Below are positions 10,382 through 20,048 of a stretch of DNA of 64,000 nt, in pieces. The DNA is from Nitrospirota bacterium (lineage in GTDB: Bacteria > Nitrospirota > UBA9217). Below the pieces are notes generated by a model. It was given only the letters and a program-made list of their open reading frames with translations. It did not search any database and had not been told where the DNA came from. The position numbers were made by a program, and so were the translations under genes. Numbering within the stretch: the stretch's first letter is position 1; every line of letters begins with the position of its first letter. Location: the NCBI GenBank assembly GCA_963818475.1, contig CAWFSF010000003.1:1-64000 (forward strand), in the 5' to 3' direction.

Positions 10382-11167
10382 ATGCGAAAAAAGACTGCGC
10401 TCATCACCGGCGCATCAGGCGGCATTGGATATGAATTCGCCAAACTGCTTGCAATGGACTGCGGCACCCTGGTTCTGGTCGCGCGCAGCGTAGACAAGCT
10501 TGACGAGATAAAAAAGGAGCTCGAAGCCGGTGCTCCCGTGAAGATAATGGTCATTCCCGAAGACCTCTCCTTTACCGGCGCTGCAGACCGGCTCTCGGAG
10601 AAACTGGAAAAAGAACAGATCACGGTGGACATCCTGATCAACAATGCAGGCTTTGGCGTCCACGGAGCATTTGTTGACCTTGACTGGCAATGCGAATCGG
10701 ACATGATCGCCGTCAACATCACCGCGCTGACGCGCTTGACCAGGCTCTTTGCAAAAGGCATGGTCGCGCGCAAAAGCGGCAGGATCGTGAATGTGGCATC
10801 CCTGGCCGCATTCGTACCCGGGCCGTTCATGGCGGTCTATTATGCTACGAAAGCATATGTGCTCTCTTTTTCAGAGGCGCTCGCGAACGAACTGCAAGGG
10901 ACCGGCGTCACGGTTACCGCTCTCTGCCCGGGCCCTACCACCACCGGATTTGCATCGACGGCGGGCGTGGAGCGATCAAGGCTCTTCAGGTATTCGAGGC
11001 CGGCGTCGTCAGCGGACGTTGCGCGCTATGGCTACGAAGCCATGATGAAGGGAAAGGTCGTGGCTGTTCACGGCACGCTGAACAGGCTCACAACCCTGAG
11101 CCTCAGGACCGCTCCACGAAAGCTGCTTCCCGCCATCGTACGATGGCTGCACTGGTCTGCCCCCTGA
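10382..11167 (+). CDS. Short-chain dehydrogenase/reductase
   Basis: TGASGGIG, LINNAGFG and YYATKAY. Confidence 0.93.
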   Translation: MRKKTALITGASGGIGYEFAKLLAMDCGTLVLVARSVDKLDEIKKELEAGAPVKIMVIPEDLSFTGAADRLSEKLEKEQITVDILINNAGFGVHGAFVDLDWQCESDMIAVNITALTRLTRLFAKGMVARKSGRIVNVASLAAFVPGPFMAVYYATKAYVLSFSEALANELQGTGVTVTALCPGPTTTGFASTAGVERSRLFRYSRPASSADVARYGYEAMMKGKVVAVHGTLNRLTTLSLRTAPRKLLPAIVRWLHWSAP

Positions 11168-11211
11168 CGCCTGGACCTCCGTCCTGCCACTGTTGTGCCC
11201 CTGCTTTTTGT

Positions 11212-11242
11212 ATTCCGCATTCCGCAATCCGAATTCCGCAAT
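11212..11242. repeat. Heptamer tandem repeat (ATTCCGC) x4
   Basis: ATTCCGC ATTCCGC AATCCGA ATTCCGC AAT. Confidence 0.6.
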
Positions 11243-11284
11243 GGTTCTTCTTGACACCCCCGGGCATTAATGATACTTTTCGCC

Positions 11285-12157
11285 ATGCTTGTTTATCTCA
11301 ATGGGCGTTTTGTACCAAAAGAAAAAGCAGTTGTATCCGCCTTTGACCACGGCTTTCTTTACGGCGACGGCATCTATGAGACCATGCGCGCTTACCGGGG
11401 GACGATCTTTGAATTGAGACAGCACCTCAGCCGTTTGAAGCACTCGGCTGCCGCCATCTCGCTTAAACTTCCCTTGCCGATAGAAAAGATCGCCGAGGCG
11501 CTGAACCGTTCCGTTCAGATCAACAAGCTGCAGGATGCGTACATCAGGCTCCATATCTCGCGCGGGCCGGGAGAGATCGGGCTGGACCCGGCATTGTGCA
11601 GCGCTCCGACCATGATCATCGTGGCAAAAGCGTTTCGCGACTATCCTGCAGAGCACTACAGCCGCGGCGTCAGGGTTGCTTTCGTCAAGACCCGGCGCAA
11701 CCATCCTCTTGCCGTTTCTCCCTCCATCAAGAGCACGAACTTCCTGAACAACATTCAGGCCAAGATCGAAGCGATCAGGGCAGGAGCTTATGAAGGCATC
11801 ATGCTGAACTGGGAGGGCTATGTCGCGGAAGGGACCATCAGCAACATCGCCATGGTCAAAAAAGGCATCTTGTACACGCCGCACGTAAAGACCGGCATAC
11901 TCAAGGGCGTAACACGCGAGCTGGTGCTCCGCCTGGCGAAAAAGAAGCATATTCCGGCCAAAGAGACCCTGCTCAAACCGCGGGATTTCCTGGCTGCTGA
12001 TGAATGTTTTATCACCAACACCACCATGGAGATCATGCCCGTTACCAGGATCGGCCGCAAGATCATCGGAACGGGCAGGCCGGGGCCGGTCACCGCTCTG
12101 CTGAGCCAGGCGTATACCAGGGAGGTCCAGAGATGTATACCGATGCAAGCCAGCTAG
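11285..12157 (+). CDS. Class IV PLP aminotransferase (branched-chain aminotransferase / aminodeoxychorismate lyase family)
   Basis: DHGFLYGDGIYET, IKSTNFL, EGTISN and GILKGVTR. Confidence 0.9.
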   Translation: MLVYLNGRFVPKEKAVVSAFDHGFLYGDGIYETMRAYRGTIFELRQHLSRLKHSAAAISLKLPLPIEKIAEALNRSVQINKLQDAYIRLHISRGPGEIGLDPALCSAPTMIIVAKAFRDYPAEHYSRGVRVAFVKTRRNHPLAVSPSIKSTNFLNNIQAKIEAIRAGAYEGIMLNWEGYVAEGTISNIAMVKKGILYTPHVKTGILKGVTRELVLRLAKKKHIPAKETLLKPRDFLAADECFITNTTMEIMPVTRIGRKIIGTGRPGPVTALLSQAYTREVQRCIPMQAS

Positions 12158-12807
12158 CCCAGCTCATCGACCACACCCTGGTGAGGCCCGACGCGACCTT
12201 GACCGACCTCGAGCGGACCTGCGCCGAGGCAAGGAAGTACGGATTTACCTGCGTTGTGGTGAACAGCTCCTATGTCGCCCGCGCCAAGGAGCTGCTGAAC
12301 GGCACGCTGATCAAGGTCTGCGCTGTGGTCGGCTTCCCGCATGGCGCATCGACGACAACGGTCAAGATCGTTGAAGCCATGGAATCGATGAAGAACGGCG
12401 CGTCCGAGCTCGACATCGTCGCGAACATCGGCATGATAAAATCGGGCAAGTTCGACTTTGTCGAGATCGACATCAAGAACGTCCTCGCCCTGACCCCCCA
12501 GAAGGTCCATAAGATCATCATCGAGACCGGCCTGCTCACGCCCGAAGAGATCACCCGCACCTGCCAGATCGCGGCAGCAGCCGGAGCCGAGTTCGTCAAG
12601 ACCTCGACAGGTTTCGGTCCGCGCGGCGCAACGGTCGAGGACCTGCTGCTCATGCGCAAGGCTGTCGGCTCCCAGTGCCGCATCAAAGCCTCGGGCGGGA
12701 TCAAAGACCTGGCAGCACTGACAAGACTTGTCGAGGCAGGAGCTGAACGCATCGGAACGAGCGCAGGCGCGGCGATCATGGAAGAGTATCTGAAAAAAAG
12801 CAGGTAA
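12133..12807 (+). CDS. deoC: Deoxyribose-phosphate aldolase
   Basis: IDHTL, VVGFPHG, FVKTSTGF, IKASGGI and RIGTS. Confidence 0.95.
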   Translation: MYTDASQLAQLIDHTLVRPDATLTDLERTCAEARKYGFTCVVVNSSYVARAKELLNGTLIKVCAVVGFPHGASTTTVKIVEAMESMKNGASELDIVANIGMIKSGKFDFVEIDIKNVLALTPQKVHKIIIETGLLTPEEITRTCQIAAAAGAEFVKTSTGFGPRGATVEDLLLMRKAVGSQCRIKASGGIKDLAALTRLVEAGAERIGTSAGAAIMEEYLKKSR

Positions 12808-13064
12808 ACACAACACACCCTGGATCCCTCGAAATTCCAATATGATAATTTCTAAAAAAATCTCTTCAGTCCTGGTCAGCGCGGGAAGTCAATTATTCTC
12901 TTCGCCATCACCATCGCATGCGTCATACTGCTCGGCATGCAGATCAACCGCGGGATCGTCACGTCCCGTATTGTAAAACAGGGGCAGATCGAAGCAGGGT
13001 GGAAACGTCAGTTGAGGTGGGGCAGTGCGGAATATGCGGCAGGTACCTTTAGATCTTTTTCAGA

Positions 13065-13202
13065 ATTTGACACGGATAAAAGCGGATAAGAGCCGGATAA
13101 CTACCGATTTTTTTGCAGAGGCTTAAACCTTTTGGTTATAGAAGTGTCTTCTGTTTTTATCCGCTTTTATCCGAGGTTAATCCGCTTCTTCCGTGTCCAA
13201 AT
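13065..13202. repeat. Intergenic palindromic element with periodic CGGATAA / TTATCCG units, between convergent genes
   Basis: TTTGACACGGATAAAAGCGGATAAG...TTATCCGCTTTTATCCG..TCCGTGTCCAAA. Confidence 0.6.
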
Positions 13203-13276
13203 GCTTTTTTAGGCTCATCAACCCTTGGCAGAAGTAATCGGCTATTTCCGCGCCAACGCTTCGGATTGTCCGTCCC

Positions 13277-14890
13277 TTAAGACCTTCTCACCACCAGCAG
13301 CAGCCAGACAAACAGGACACCCGCTCCTGCAGCGGTCCAGGCGCTTTCTACCGGATAATGGTTGAAGCGCAGGAGGAGAGCGCCGGCGCCGAGACCGGTC
13401 GTCAGCATGGCAAGGATGAACCCCTTGCCGATGCGATAAATGTTGCGGAGCTCGCGCACGACATCCTCTGAGGTGATCTCTACGCGCGTCTCTCCCCGGC
13501 CCGTCGTTACCAGAAAGTCAGCAAGCAACTTCGGCAGTTTTCCGAGCGCACGGACGGAGGTGCCGGCCTGCTGCAGGATCCCGGCCGCGGAGTATTTCTC
13601 TGCCGTGATGAACCGTTTGGCAAAAGGCGCGGCGATCTCGATGATGTTCGTTTCCGGATCGAGCTGCGAACCCAGGCCGTTCAGCATGCCGACCACCCTG
13701 CCGAACAGGATGAAGTCGTTCGGGATCTGGATCGAGGGGCTCAGCCGAAGCGCCTCCATGATGTCGTTGCCGATCTCCTCGATGTCCATGGCTTTGAACG
13801 CCGAGGGCGAGATATCGCGGTACTTCTGGAGAATGCGGTCAACGAACTGGACCAGCGGCTGAATATCCTGGGTCAGCGGAATGAACCCCATGTCCACCAG
13901 CGCGCGGACCAGTCCCCGGCTGTCGCGGTCAACGACAGCGCTGAAGGCACGCCGCAGCCCGTCGCGCTTCGGCCCCGAGATGCGGTCCACCATGCCGAAA
14001 TCCACCAGGATGATCTCCGGGCCGGGAGTGACGAAGAGATTGCCGGGATGGGGGTCGCCGTGGAACAGGCCGTCGCTGAAGAACATCTGGGCATAGGCTT
14101 CGGCAAGCGTGCGCGCGATCTCCTTTCGGTCGATCCCCTGCCGGTCGATCTCGTCGAAATCCGTGATCTTGATGCCGGCGAGATATTCAAGCGTCAGGAC
14201 CTTGGACGTGGTGAAGGGCCAGTACACGAGCGGGATCCTGATCTTCGGGTCGTCTGCGAAGTTCCGGGCAAAGGTCTCGGCGTTCTTCCCCTCCTGGAGA
14301 TAGTTCAGCTCCTCCAGGATGATGCGCGAGAACTCGGAATAGATCACGTCGATATTGATATGGCGGTAGATCACGCGGAGGATGCGGATGACGAACTTGA
14401 GGGTGCGCATATCCACGGCGATCACCTCATCGATGCCCGGATACTGGACCTTGACCACGATGCAGTCCCCGTGGCGCAGGCAGGCGCGGTGCACCTGGCC
14501 GAGCGAAGCGGAGGCGATGGGCGTCTCATCAAAGGACGAAAAGACCTCGCTCATGGGCCCCAGTTCCTCGGTGACCCGCTGGACAATATCGCTGAACGGC
14601 GCGGGCGGAACCTGGTCCTGCAGCTTTGAGAGCTCGTTCGTGTACTCTTCAGGCAAGATGTCGACGCGGGAAGAAAGGAACTGGCCGATCTTGATCAGTA
14701 CGCCGCGCATCTTGATCATGCGCTCCCGGAGCAGGACGGCATTCTTTGCATGAAGCTGCTTGAGCCGCTCCTGTCTGAGGCGGGGAGCGGCAAAGGTGTT
14801 CCTGAGCCCCAGGAGCTTGTAGCTCAAGAGCACGCGCAGGAAAAGGAGAACGCCCTGGATGAATCTGCCCCGGTAGTTCGTTGAGTGCAT
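13277..14890 (-). CDS. AarF/UbiB/ABC1 atypical kinase family protein
   Basis: IKIGQFLSSRVD, ASASLGQVHRA, VVKVQYP, FHGDPHPGN, DFGM and C-terminal TM helices. Confidence 0.93.
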   Translation of the reverse strand: MHSTNYRGRFIQGVLLFLRVLLSYKLLGLRNTFAAPRLRQERLKQLHAKNAVLLRERMIKMRGVLIKIGQFLSSRVDILPEEYTNELSKLQDQVPPAPFSDIVQRVTEELGPMSEVFSSFDETPIASASLGQVHRACLRHGDCIVVKVQYPGIDEVIAVDMRTLKFVIRILRVIYRHINIDVIYSEFSRIILEELNYLQEGKNAETFARNFADDPKIRIPLVYWPFTTSKVLTLEYLAGIKITDFDEIDRQGIDRKEIARTLAEAYAQMFFSDGLFHGDPHPGNLFVTPGPEIILVDFGMVDRISGPKRDGLRRAFSAVVDRDSRGLVRALVDMGFIPLTQDIQPLVQFVDRILQKYRDISPSAFKAMDIEEIGNDIMEALRLSPSIQIPNDFILFGRVVGMLNGLGSQLDPETNIIEIAAPFAKRFITAEKYSAAGILQQAGTSVRALGKLPKLLADFLVTTGRGETRVEITSEDVVRELRNIYRIGKGFILAMLTTGLGAGALLLRFNHYPVESAWTAAGAGVLFVWLLLVVRRS

Positions 14891-14982
14891 ACTTGATTAT
14901 ACCAGATAAGAAGATTGAAGGGTATCAGTCGAAACCGGAAAAACGAAATCAGAAACACCTGAAGCAGAATTGCCTGCCATGA

Positions 14983-16224
14983 CTACGTAAATATCCCGAT
15001 CACCGCGCCGGTCATGCAGGTCGCGAGCGTGCCGGCGACCAGCGCCTTCATGCCGAGCCCCACGATCTCGTCGCGCCGCTCCGGCGCCAGGCTGCCGAGC
15101 CCGCCGAGCAGAATGCCGAGGCTGCCGAAGTTGGCAAAGCTGGAAAGCGCATAGGTCATGATGAGGCGGCTCCGGGGGTCCAGCGCTTCCGCCGGGAGCC
15201 TGGCCAGTTCAAGGAAGGCCAGCAGCTCGTTCAGGATGGTCTTGGTGCCCATGAGGTAGCCCGCCGTCTGCGCCTGGGGCCAGGGAATGCCGAAGAGCCA
15301 GACGACCGGGGCCATGACGAAGCCGAGGATCCGCTGGAGCGTGAGCGGTTTCCCACCCAGATCCGGCAGCAGCCCGACGATCAGGTTCGACAGGTATACC
15401 AGAGCTACCATCACCACGAGCATGGCGATGATGTTCAGCAGCAGGTGCAGTCCGTCCATGGTCCCCTTCACCACAGCGTCCATGGCGCTGGTCGCGGTCT
15501 GCGTCGGCGCCAGGCTCCCCGAGGTTTCCTCTCCCGTCTCAGGCACCATGATGCGCGCGATCGTGATCGCAGCTGCTACGTGGATAAAGGACGCGATCAA
15601 GATATGGCCGAGCGGGTCGGGGATCACGCCGGTCAAAAAAGCGGCATACAGGACCATCACGGTGCCGGCGATGCAGGCCATGCCCACGGTCATGAGCGAA
15701 AAAAGCTCGCTCCTGGTCATGCTCCGGAGATAGGGCTTGACCAGCAGCGGCGCTTCGACCATGCCGAGGAAGATCGTGGTGGATGCGCCGAGGCCGAGCG
15801 CGCCGCCGATGTTCATGGTCTTTTGGAGAAGGAACGAGAAGGACCGGACCACGACGGGAAGGATCCTCCAGTAAAAGAGCAGGCCCGACAAGGCCCCGAT
15901 CACGAGCACGAGCGGAAGCGCCTGGAACGCAAGGATGAAGTTCGACCCCGGGTCGGTCAGCATGAACGGGGGAGTGCCGCCGCCGACATACCCGAACACG
16001 AAGGAGGTGCCCGCCTTGGTCGCCGATTCAAGGGCCAGTACGGCCGTATTCAGCAGAAGAAAGAATTTTTTGAAGAAGGGGACATACAGAAGGATGGCCG
16101 CGATGCAAAGCTGTACCGCAACACCGATAAGCGCGGTGGCATACTTGACGCTTTTTCTGTTCTCGCTGATGAGCCAGGCGATCCCGGTGAACACCGCGAG
16201 GCCGAGCAGTGGTTGAAAGAACAT
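14983..16224 (-). CDS. nupC: Concentrative nucleoside transporter (NupC/CNT family)
   Basis: GTSFVFG, FLGMVEAPLLVKPYL, GTKTILNE and YALSSFANFGSLGI. Confidence 0.9.
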   Translation of the reverse strand: MFFQPLLGLAVFTGIAWLISENRKSVKYATALIGVAVQLCIAAILLYVPFFKKFFLLLNTAVLALESATKAGTSFVFGYVGGGTPPFMLTDPGSNFILAFQALPLVLVIGALSGLLFYWRILPVVVRSFSFLLQKTMNIGGALGLGASTTIFLGMVEAPLLVKPYLRSMTRSELFSLMTVGMACIAGTVMVLYAAFLTGVIPDPLGHILIASFIHVAAAITIARIMVPETGEETSGSLAPTQTATSAMDAVVKGTMDGLHLLLNIIAMLVVMVALVYLSNLIVGLLPDLGGKPLTLQRILGFVMAPVVWLFGIPWPQAQTAGYLMGTKTILNELLAFLELARLPAEALDPRSRLIMTYALSSFANFGSLGILLGGLGSLAPERRDEIVGLGMKALVAGTLATCMTGAVIGIFT

Positions 16225-16414
16225 GACGACTCCTCTCCTTTTGTCAGCCCGCCGAATGCGCGCCATTATGGCATGTGATTAAATATTTTTCAATTCAAAA
16301 GAACGGGCTGGTGCTTCAGCAGGACGGAGCGGGAAGGGACGAACCGCAAAGCTTTGGGTTTGGCATGAACGCAGGCGAGCTGAAAAACGACTGTCTTATT
16401 GCCAATAATAAAGC

Positions 16415-16443
16415 TTGACTTCCTCGCGCCAACGTGGCATTAT
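16415..16443 (+). promoter_or_regulatory. Sigma70-type promoter of csp
   Basis: TTGACT-17 bp-CATTAT. Confidence 0.5.
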
Positions 16444-16476
16444 TACTTTCAGAAGTTCCGGATGTACTTGTAGGGA

Positions 16477-16513
16477 AACCACAAAGACAGATCGACTTTG
16501 TGGTTATTTTTTT
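16477..16513 (+). promoter_or_regulatory. Terminator-like hairpin in the csp 5' leader (CCACAAAG..CTTTGTGG + T tract)
   Basis: 10-bp stem followed by a T run; the same stem recurs at 16981..17012. Confidence 0.55.
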
Positions 16514-16558
16514 GGTCCTTGTCCGTCGCTTCAATTCACGAGAAGGAGGTAGCTCATC

Positions 16559-16759
16559 ATGGAAAATGGTACGGTAAAGTGGTTCAATGATGCCAAAGGT
16601 TTTGGCTTCATTACCCGTGAAAAAGGCGGCGATGTGTTCGTGCATTTTGGCGACATTCAGGACAGCGGCTTTAAGTCGTTGGCCGAAGGCCAGCAGGTGC
16701 AGTTCGACGTTGTCGACTCGCCCAAGGGCCCCAAAGCAGCCAACGTTGTAAAGCTCTAA
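16559..16759 (+). CDS. csp: Cold-shock protein
   Basis: [15 protein letters not shown] and DVFVHF. Confidence 0.97.
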   Translation: MENGTVKWFNDAKGFGFITREKGGDVFVHFGDIQDSGFKSLAEGQQVQFDVVDSPKGPKAANVVKL

Positions 16760-16778
16760 GCTTATTGCTTGAACTTTG

Positions 16779-16813
16779 AAGCAGGCCCTGTTCGTTCAGG
16801 GTCTGCTTTTTTT
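16779..16813 (+). terminator. Intrinsic terminator after csp
   Basis: AAGCAGGCCCTG-TTCGTT-CAGGGTCTGCTT followed by a T run. Confidence 0.8.
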
Positions 16814-17042
16814 ATTCCTTGCTTTCCCGCAGGCTTCACGCCCCTCCGGCCCTTTCTCCGTCCCTCTAACAGACAGCAGACGCACTGTTGTCCCTGTTCC
16901 TGGAGGCAAAACAACTGTTGCTATTGCTCGTGTAAAGTGCCATTATATATAGAATAGTTAATTCAGCAATAAGAGCTCATGCCACAAAGAAAGGCGCTTT
17001 GTGGTTTTTTTTGTTTTAGGCGTGAAAAACTGAGGAGAAAAA

Positions 17043-17423
17043 ATGCGGTATAAACAGAGCTACAAGGAAAAGAAGGAACTGGAGAGGGCCGCCATGGCCG
17101 CTGCCGGACTTGTTTCAGAACGCTATGCCGGGGTTTCGAACATCGAACTGCAGATGACCTATTACCAGCGCGGCCTGCGTCCGGTCCTGATGACACGCAC
17201 GCTCACTTTTTTGCCCGCCAATTATGCCAGCTTTCACATAAAATGTTTGCATGAAGGTTGCACGGATGGCGGCTATGACCTTGCCCCGGTGGTGAAAAGC
17301 CTGACGAACTCCCGCAAGAAAACGGTCAAGGGAAAGATCTTTTGTCATGGAACGAACGATACCGTCGGCCACGCAAGCATCGCCTATGAGGTCAATATCC
17401 AGTACTGCAACCCTGATAAATAG
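17043..17423 (+). CDS. Hypothetical protein, possible Zn-binding (C-x4-C..C..H)
   Basis: GAGGAG RBS, plausible composition and KCLHEGCTDGGYDL motif. Confidence 0.7.
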   Translation: MRYKQSYKEKKELERAAMAAAGLVSERYAGVSNIELQMTYYQRGLRPVLMTRTLTFLPANYASFHIKCLHEGCTDGGYDLAPVVKSLTNSRKKTVKGKIFCHGTNDTVGHASIAYEVNIQYCNPDK

Positions 17424-17587
17424 AGCTCTGCCGTTGTGCCTCCTCCGCCGGGCTCTGTGCCCCGGCACCTCAACATCCGCTACTGGCAGGATCCGCCGAC
17501 CATTCGGCTCCAGTCAACGTCCTCTGCCGCTGGGGATTAATAGGTACTATTAACCCTCACCAGGTCTTAACGCCGAAGACAGTGCGA

Positions 17588-17770
17588 GAACATCCATGCA
17601 GGTCTTCTGGCTCTCCCCTCGCTGCCTGCCTTCCCAACCAAATTAAAGGTCAGTGGCATGTTCTGGCAGCAATTATGGCCCAATGCTTCCGGGCCGGGAT
17701 ACAGCGGCGGGTCCGCTCCCGATTTTAACGGGATTCCCTTCGCCTGGATGTGGTCGATATGTGGATGCTT
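17588..17770 (-). ncRNA. Cobalamin riboswitch
   Basis: Minus strand reads AGGGAATCCCGTTAAAATCGGGAGCGGACCCGCCGCTGTA...GCCACTG...GGGAAGG...GAGCCAGAAGACCTGC (B12 box); P1 is AGCATCCA/TGGATGTT. Confidence 0.9.
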
Positions 17771-18294
17771 TTAACATAGCCGGACCTGAAAAGTCAAAGT
17801 GTTTTTGCTGGTCCGCTGTCAATAGATGTCAAGCCCATTTCCGTCGGCAGTTAAAGGAACTACCGAAGTCTGAGCGTTCCATCAACCACGCCAACGCCGG
17901 AAGAGCGAAGGAATGCTCGGACCGTATATACCGGACACTTGTTTTTCCGACCCCGCCGGTATTATTGACTAGAGTGAAAACCGGTGCTATGATTTAAATA
18001 GGATAGCGTTTGTCCTGTAATGTCGGGTCATCCTCGTGTAAAACAAGGTCGGGCCGAGACCGGCGAACCTGGTGACGGATCCGGAAGCATGGGCTCCATA
18101 CCTGCGCTTCCCACTCTCCACGGGAGGGTGAAAAAAAACATCGGCTCCATACCGGTGCCTACCCCTCTTCGTCCGCCGGTTTTTCATTTCAGGCAAAAGT
18201 AAAACATGAAAACGGTGACGACGGAACATGATGCCTTCGAAAGAGGGATCGACCTTTTCAATCAAAGCGGATACTTTGAGAAGAAGGTATTGTT

Positions 18295-18810
18295 ATGAAA
18301 CAGATAAAGGACATCATCTGGACCCGGCTCCTGCCTGATAAAGACAGGACGATCGACGCGCAGGAATGGACAAAGCACGGCGGCAAGTGGATCGTGTTCG
18401 ACAGCGAGGAGCGGATCAAAGATCTCGTCGGCAAGCTCGGGCCGCACATCGACAATGGAGAGATCGAGAGCGCAAAGTATTGGAACGGAGACCCCAGCGC
18501 CGTCAACGTCTATTCCCTGGATCGCGACCGCATGAAAACCCGGCAGATATTAAAGAAGCTCGGCGCGAGATACGTGCTGGTGTGGGAATACGATTACGCC
18601 TGGGACAAAAACCTCCGTGCTCCCCTCACTTTCGCCTATTCCTGGTTCTCGAAATTCAGGACCATCCTGCAAAGCCGCGGCCTGGCAGGAACAGCCCGCC
18701 TGGCGCGTGATGTATTGAGGCCGAAACCGGGCGCTGTAACAGAGCAGGAGAAACGGCATGACACACGGGGACAAGTTGAAGGCAATCAAAAGGGCAACGG
18801 TCATCTATGA
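18295..18810 (+). CDS. Hypothetical protein resembling DUF1917 (eIF4E-like fold)
   Basis: Spacing of GKWIVF...G.IESAK...VNVYS.D...ILKKLG resembles DUF1917; the match is by eye only. Confidence 0.45.
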   Translation: MKQIKDIIWTRLLPDKDRTIDAQEWTKHGGKWIVFDSEERIKDLVGKLGPHIDNGEIESAKYWNGDPSAVNVYSLDRDRMKTRQILKKLGARYVLVWEYDYAWDKNLRAPLTFAYSWFSKFRTILQSRGLAGTARLARDVLRPKPGAVTEQEKRHDTRGQVEGNQKGNGHL

Positions 18811-19168
18811 CGGTACCTGTCCCATATGCTCGAAGACGGTAGCGTGGATGGAAGAACATGAGCAGGCTGGTTCTTTCGAGATGCTGCCCTGCCAGTCCGA
18901 GTCGCTCGGAAAACGGTTCCCTTCTGTGGACCCTGACGCGTGCATGCGCGCCATGCACGTTGTGCTGCCCGACGGAGCGGTCCTGGCCGGCGAGCAGGCA
19001 CTACCGGAGATTTTCAAGAGGCTCAAACGGCTTTACTATGTTTCCGCCCTTTTCAAACTGCCGGGAGTGATGCCCCTGTCCCGCGCATTCTACCGGTGGT
19101 TCGCGGAACGTAGATACCATATTGCGGATGTTCTTCATATTGGAATGAATGAACGCAAACGGAGATAG
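18758..19168 (+). CDS. DCC1-like thiol-disulfide oxidoreductase (DUF393)
   Basis: VIYDGTCPIC and FYRWFAERRY. Confidence 0.88.
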   Translation: MTHGDKLKAIKRATVIYDGTCPICSKTVAWMEEHEQAGSFEMLPCQSESLGKRFPSVDPDACMRAMHVVLPDGAVLAGEQALPEIFKRLKRLYYVSALFKLPGVMPLSRAFYRWFAERRYHIADVLHIGMNERKRR

Positions 19169-19411
19169 AACCCGCCGGGGCATTCGATGCGGAAGCGCCG
19201 GGCCTTGAAGCGACCTATCATACAAAAGGCGGCAATTTCCATGGCAATCCCTCTCTGAAGGGATGGTTGGTCTTGGCCGGCCGCGGAAAACGGCCATTGA
19301 CTGCCCACCTTGAAAGAAGTATATTACCCGTGTAAGAGGATTGATTAAGTCCTGTTTAGATATGCGAAAGAGGACAGACGAAAGGTCATCCCGGAAAAGG
19401 GGGGACAGAGT

Positions 19412-19681
19412 ATGTCGAAGTATTTGATTGCTTCAAGGCACGAGCCTGCGGATTGTCTGCGCGCCCTCGACGAAGAGTTGGCGAAGGGGCCGGGCATGCT
19501 GGATAAGTTCGTCTACGGATGCAAGGATGGCGACCACGTCGCCTATGCGATCGTGGAGGTGAAGACCCTGAGCGATGCGCTTGCGATGCTTCCCGGCTTC
19601 CTGCAGGAAACGGCATGCATCACCAAGGTTGACAAGTATACTCCGGCGGAGATCAGGTCTTTCCATGCACAAGCTGCATAA
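19412..19681 (+). CDS. Small hypothetical protein (His/Cys motifs HEPADC, GCKDGDH)
   Basis: Upstream TTGACT/TTGAAA..TATATT promoter-like sequence and a purine-rich RBS. Confidence 0.7.
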   Translation: MSKYLIASRHEPADCLRALDEELAKGPGMLDKFVYGCKDGDHVAYAIVEVKTLSDALAMLPGFLQETACITKVDKYTPAEIRSFHAQAA

Positions 19682-19746
19682 CGTGTTTATCATGGGAACG
19701 TGTCGAGGGTTGATAGTGCCCGGCGTGTAAGAGAGGTCAATTGAAA

Positions 19747-19865
19747 TTTGCCACCGAGGTAACGGAGGCAGAGAAGAAAGTCAAGAGCTGGAGGAAAGGC
19801 GCTTGCCGTAGATCCCGTAGCAAAGTAAATGGATCTCCTCTGTGCTCCGGGAACTCAGTGGCAAA
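19747..19865. repeat. Intergenic palindromic element (GCCACCGAG...CTCAGTGGC family)
   Basis: TTTGCCACCGAG pairs with CTCAGTGGCAAA; related to 38248..38325. Confidence 0.55.
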
Positions 19866-19917
19866 GATTTTAACAAATAATCCGAGCGGAAAACGGGATT
19901 GGAGTGCCACATGCCAA

Positions 19918-20048
19918 CGGGCTGTTGCCCAAACCCAATTTTGTCTCCCTGAACGTAGTGAAGGGTCTCCCATCACGTTGTAAATACGAGATTCTTCGCT
20001 GCGCTCAGAATGACATTTTAGTCGTAAAGTCATTTGAGCAACGGCCCG
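19918..20048. repeat. MITE-like element with 16-bp TIR enclosing a REP-like pair
   Basis: CGGGCTGTTGCCCAAA / TTTGAGCAACGGCCCG; inner TGTCTCCCTGAACGTAGTGAAGGGTCTC / GAGATTCTTCGCTGCGCTCAGAATGACA. Confidence 0.6.

Noticed and set aside
12842-13090. Small membrane-protein gene after deoC
   Set aside because: Only a short hydrophobic stretch needing a frameshift; cannot be supported.
18040-18120. SRP RNA or tRNA
   Set aside because: Lacks the conserved SRP helix-8 motif and a cloverleaf/T-loop; no tRNA or rRNA was recognised anywhere in the window.
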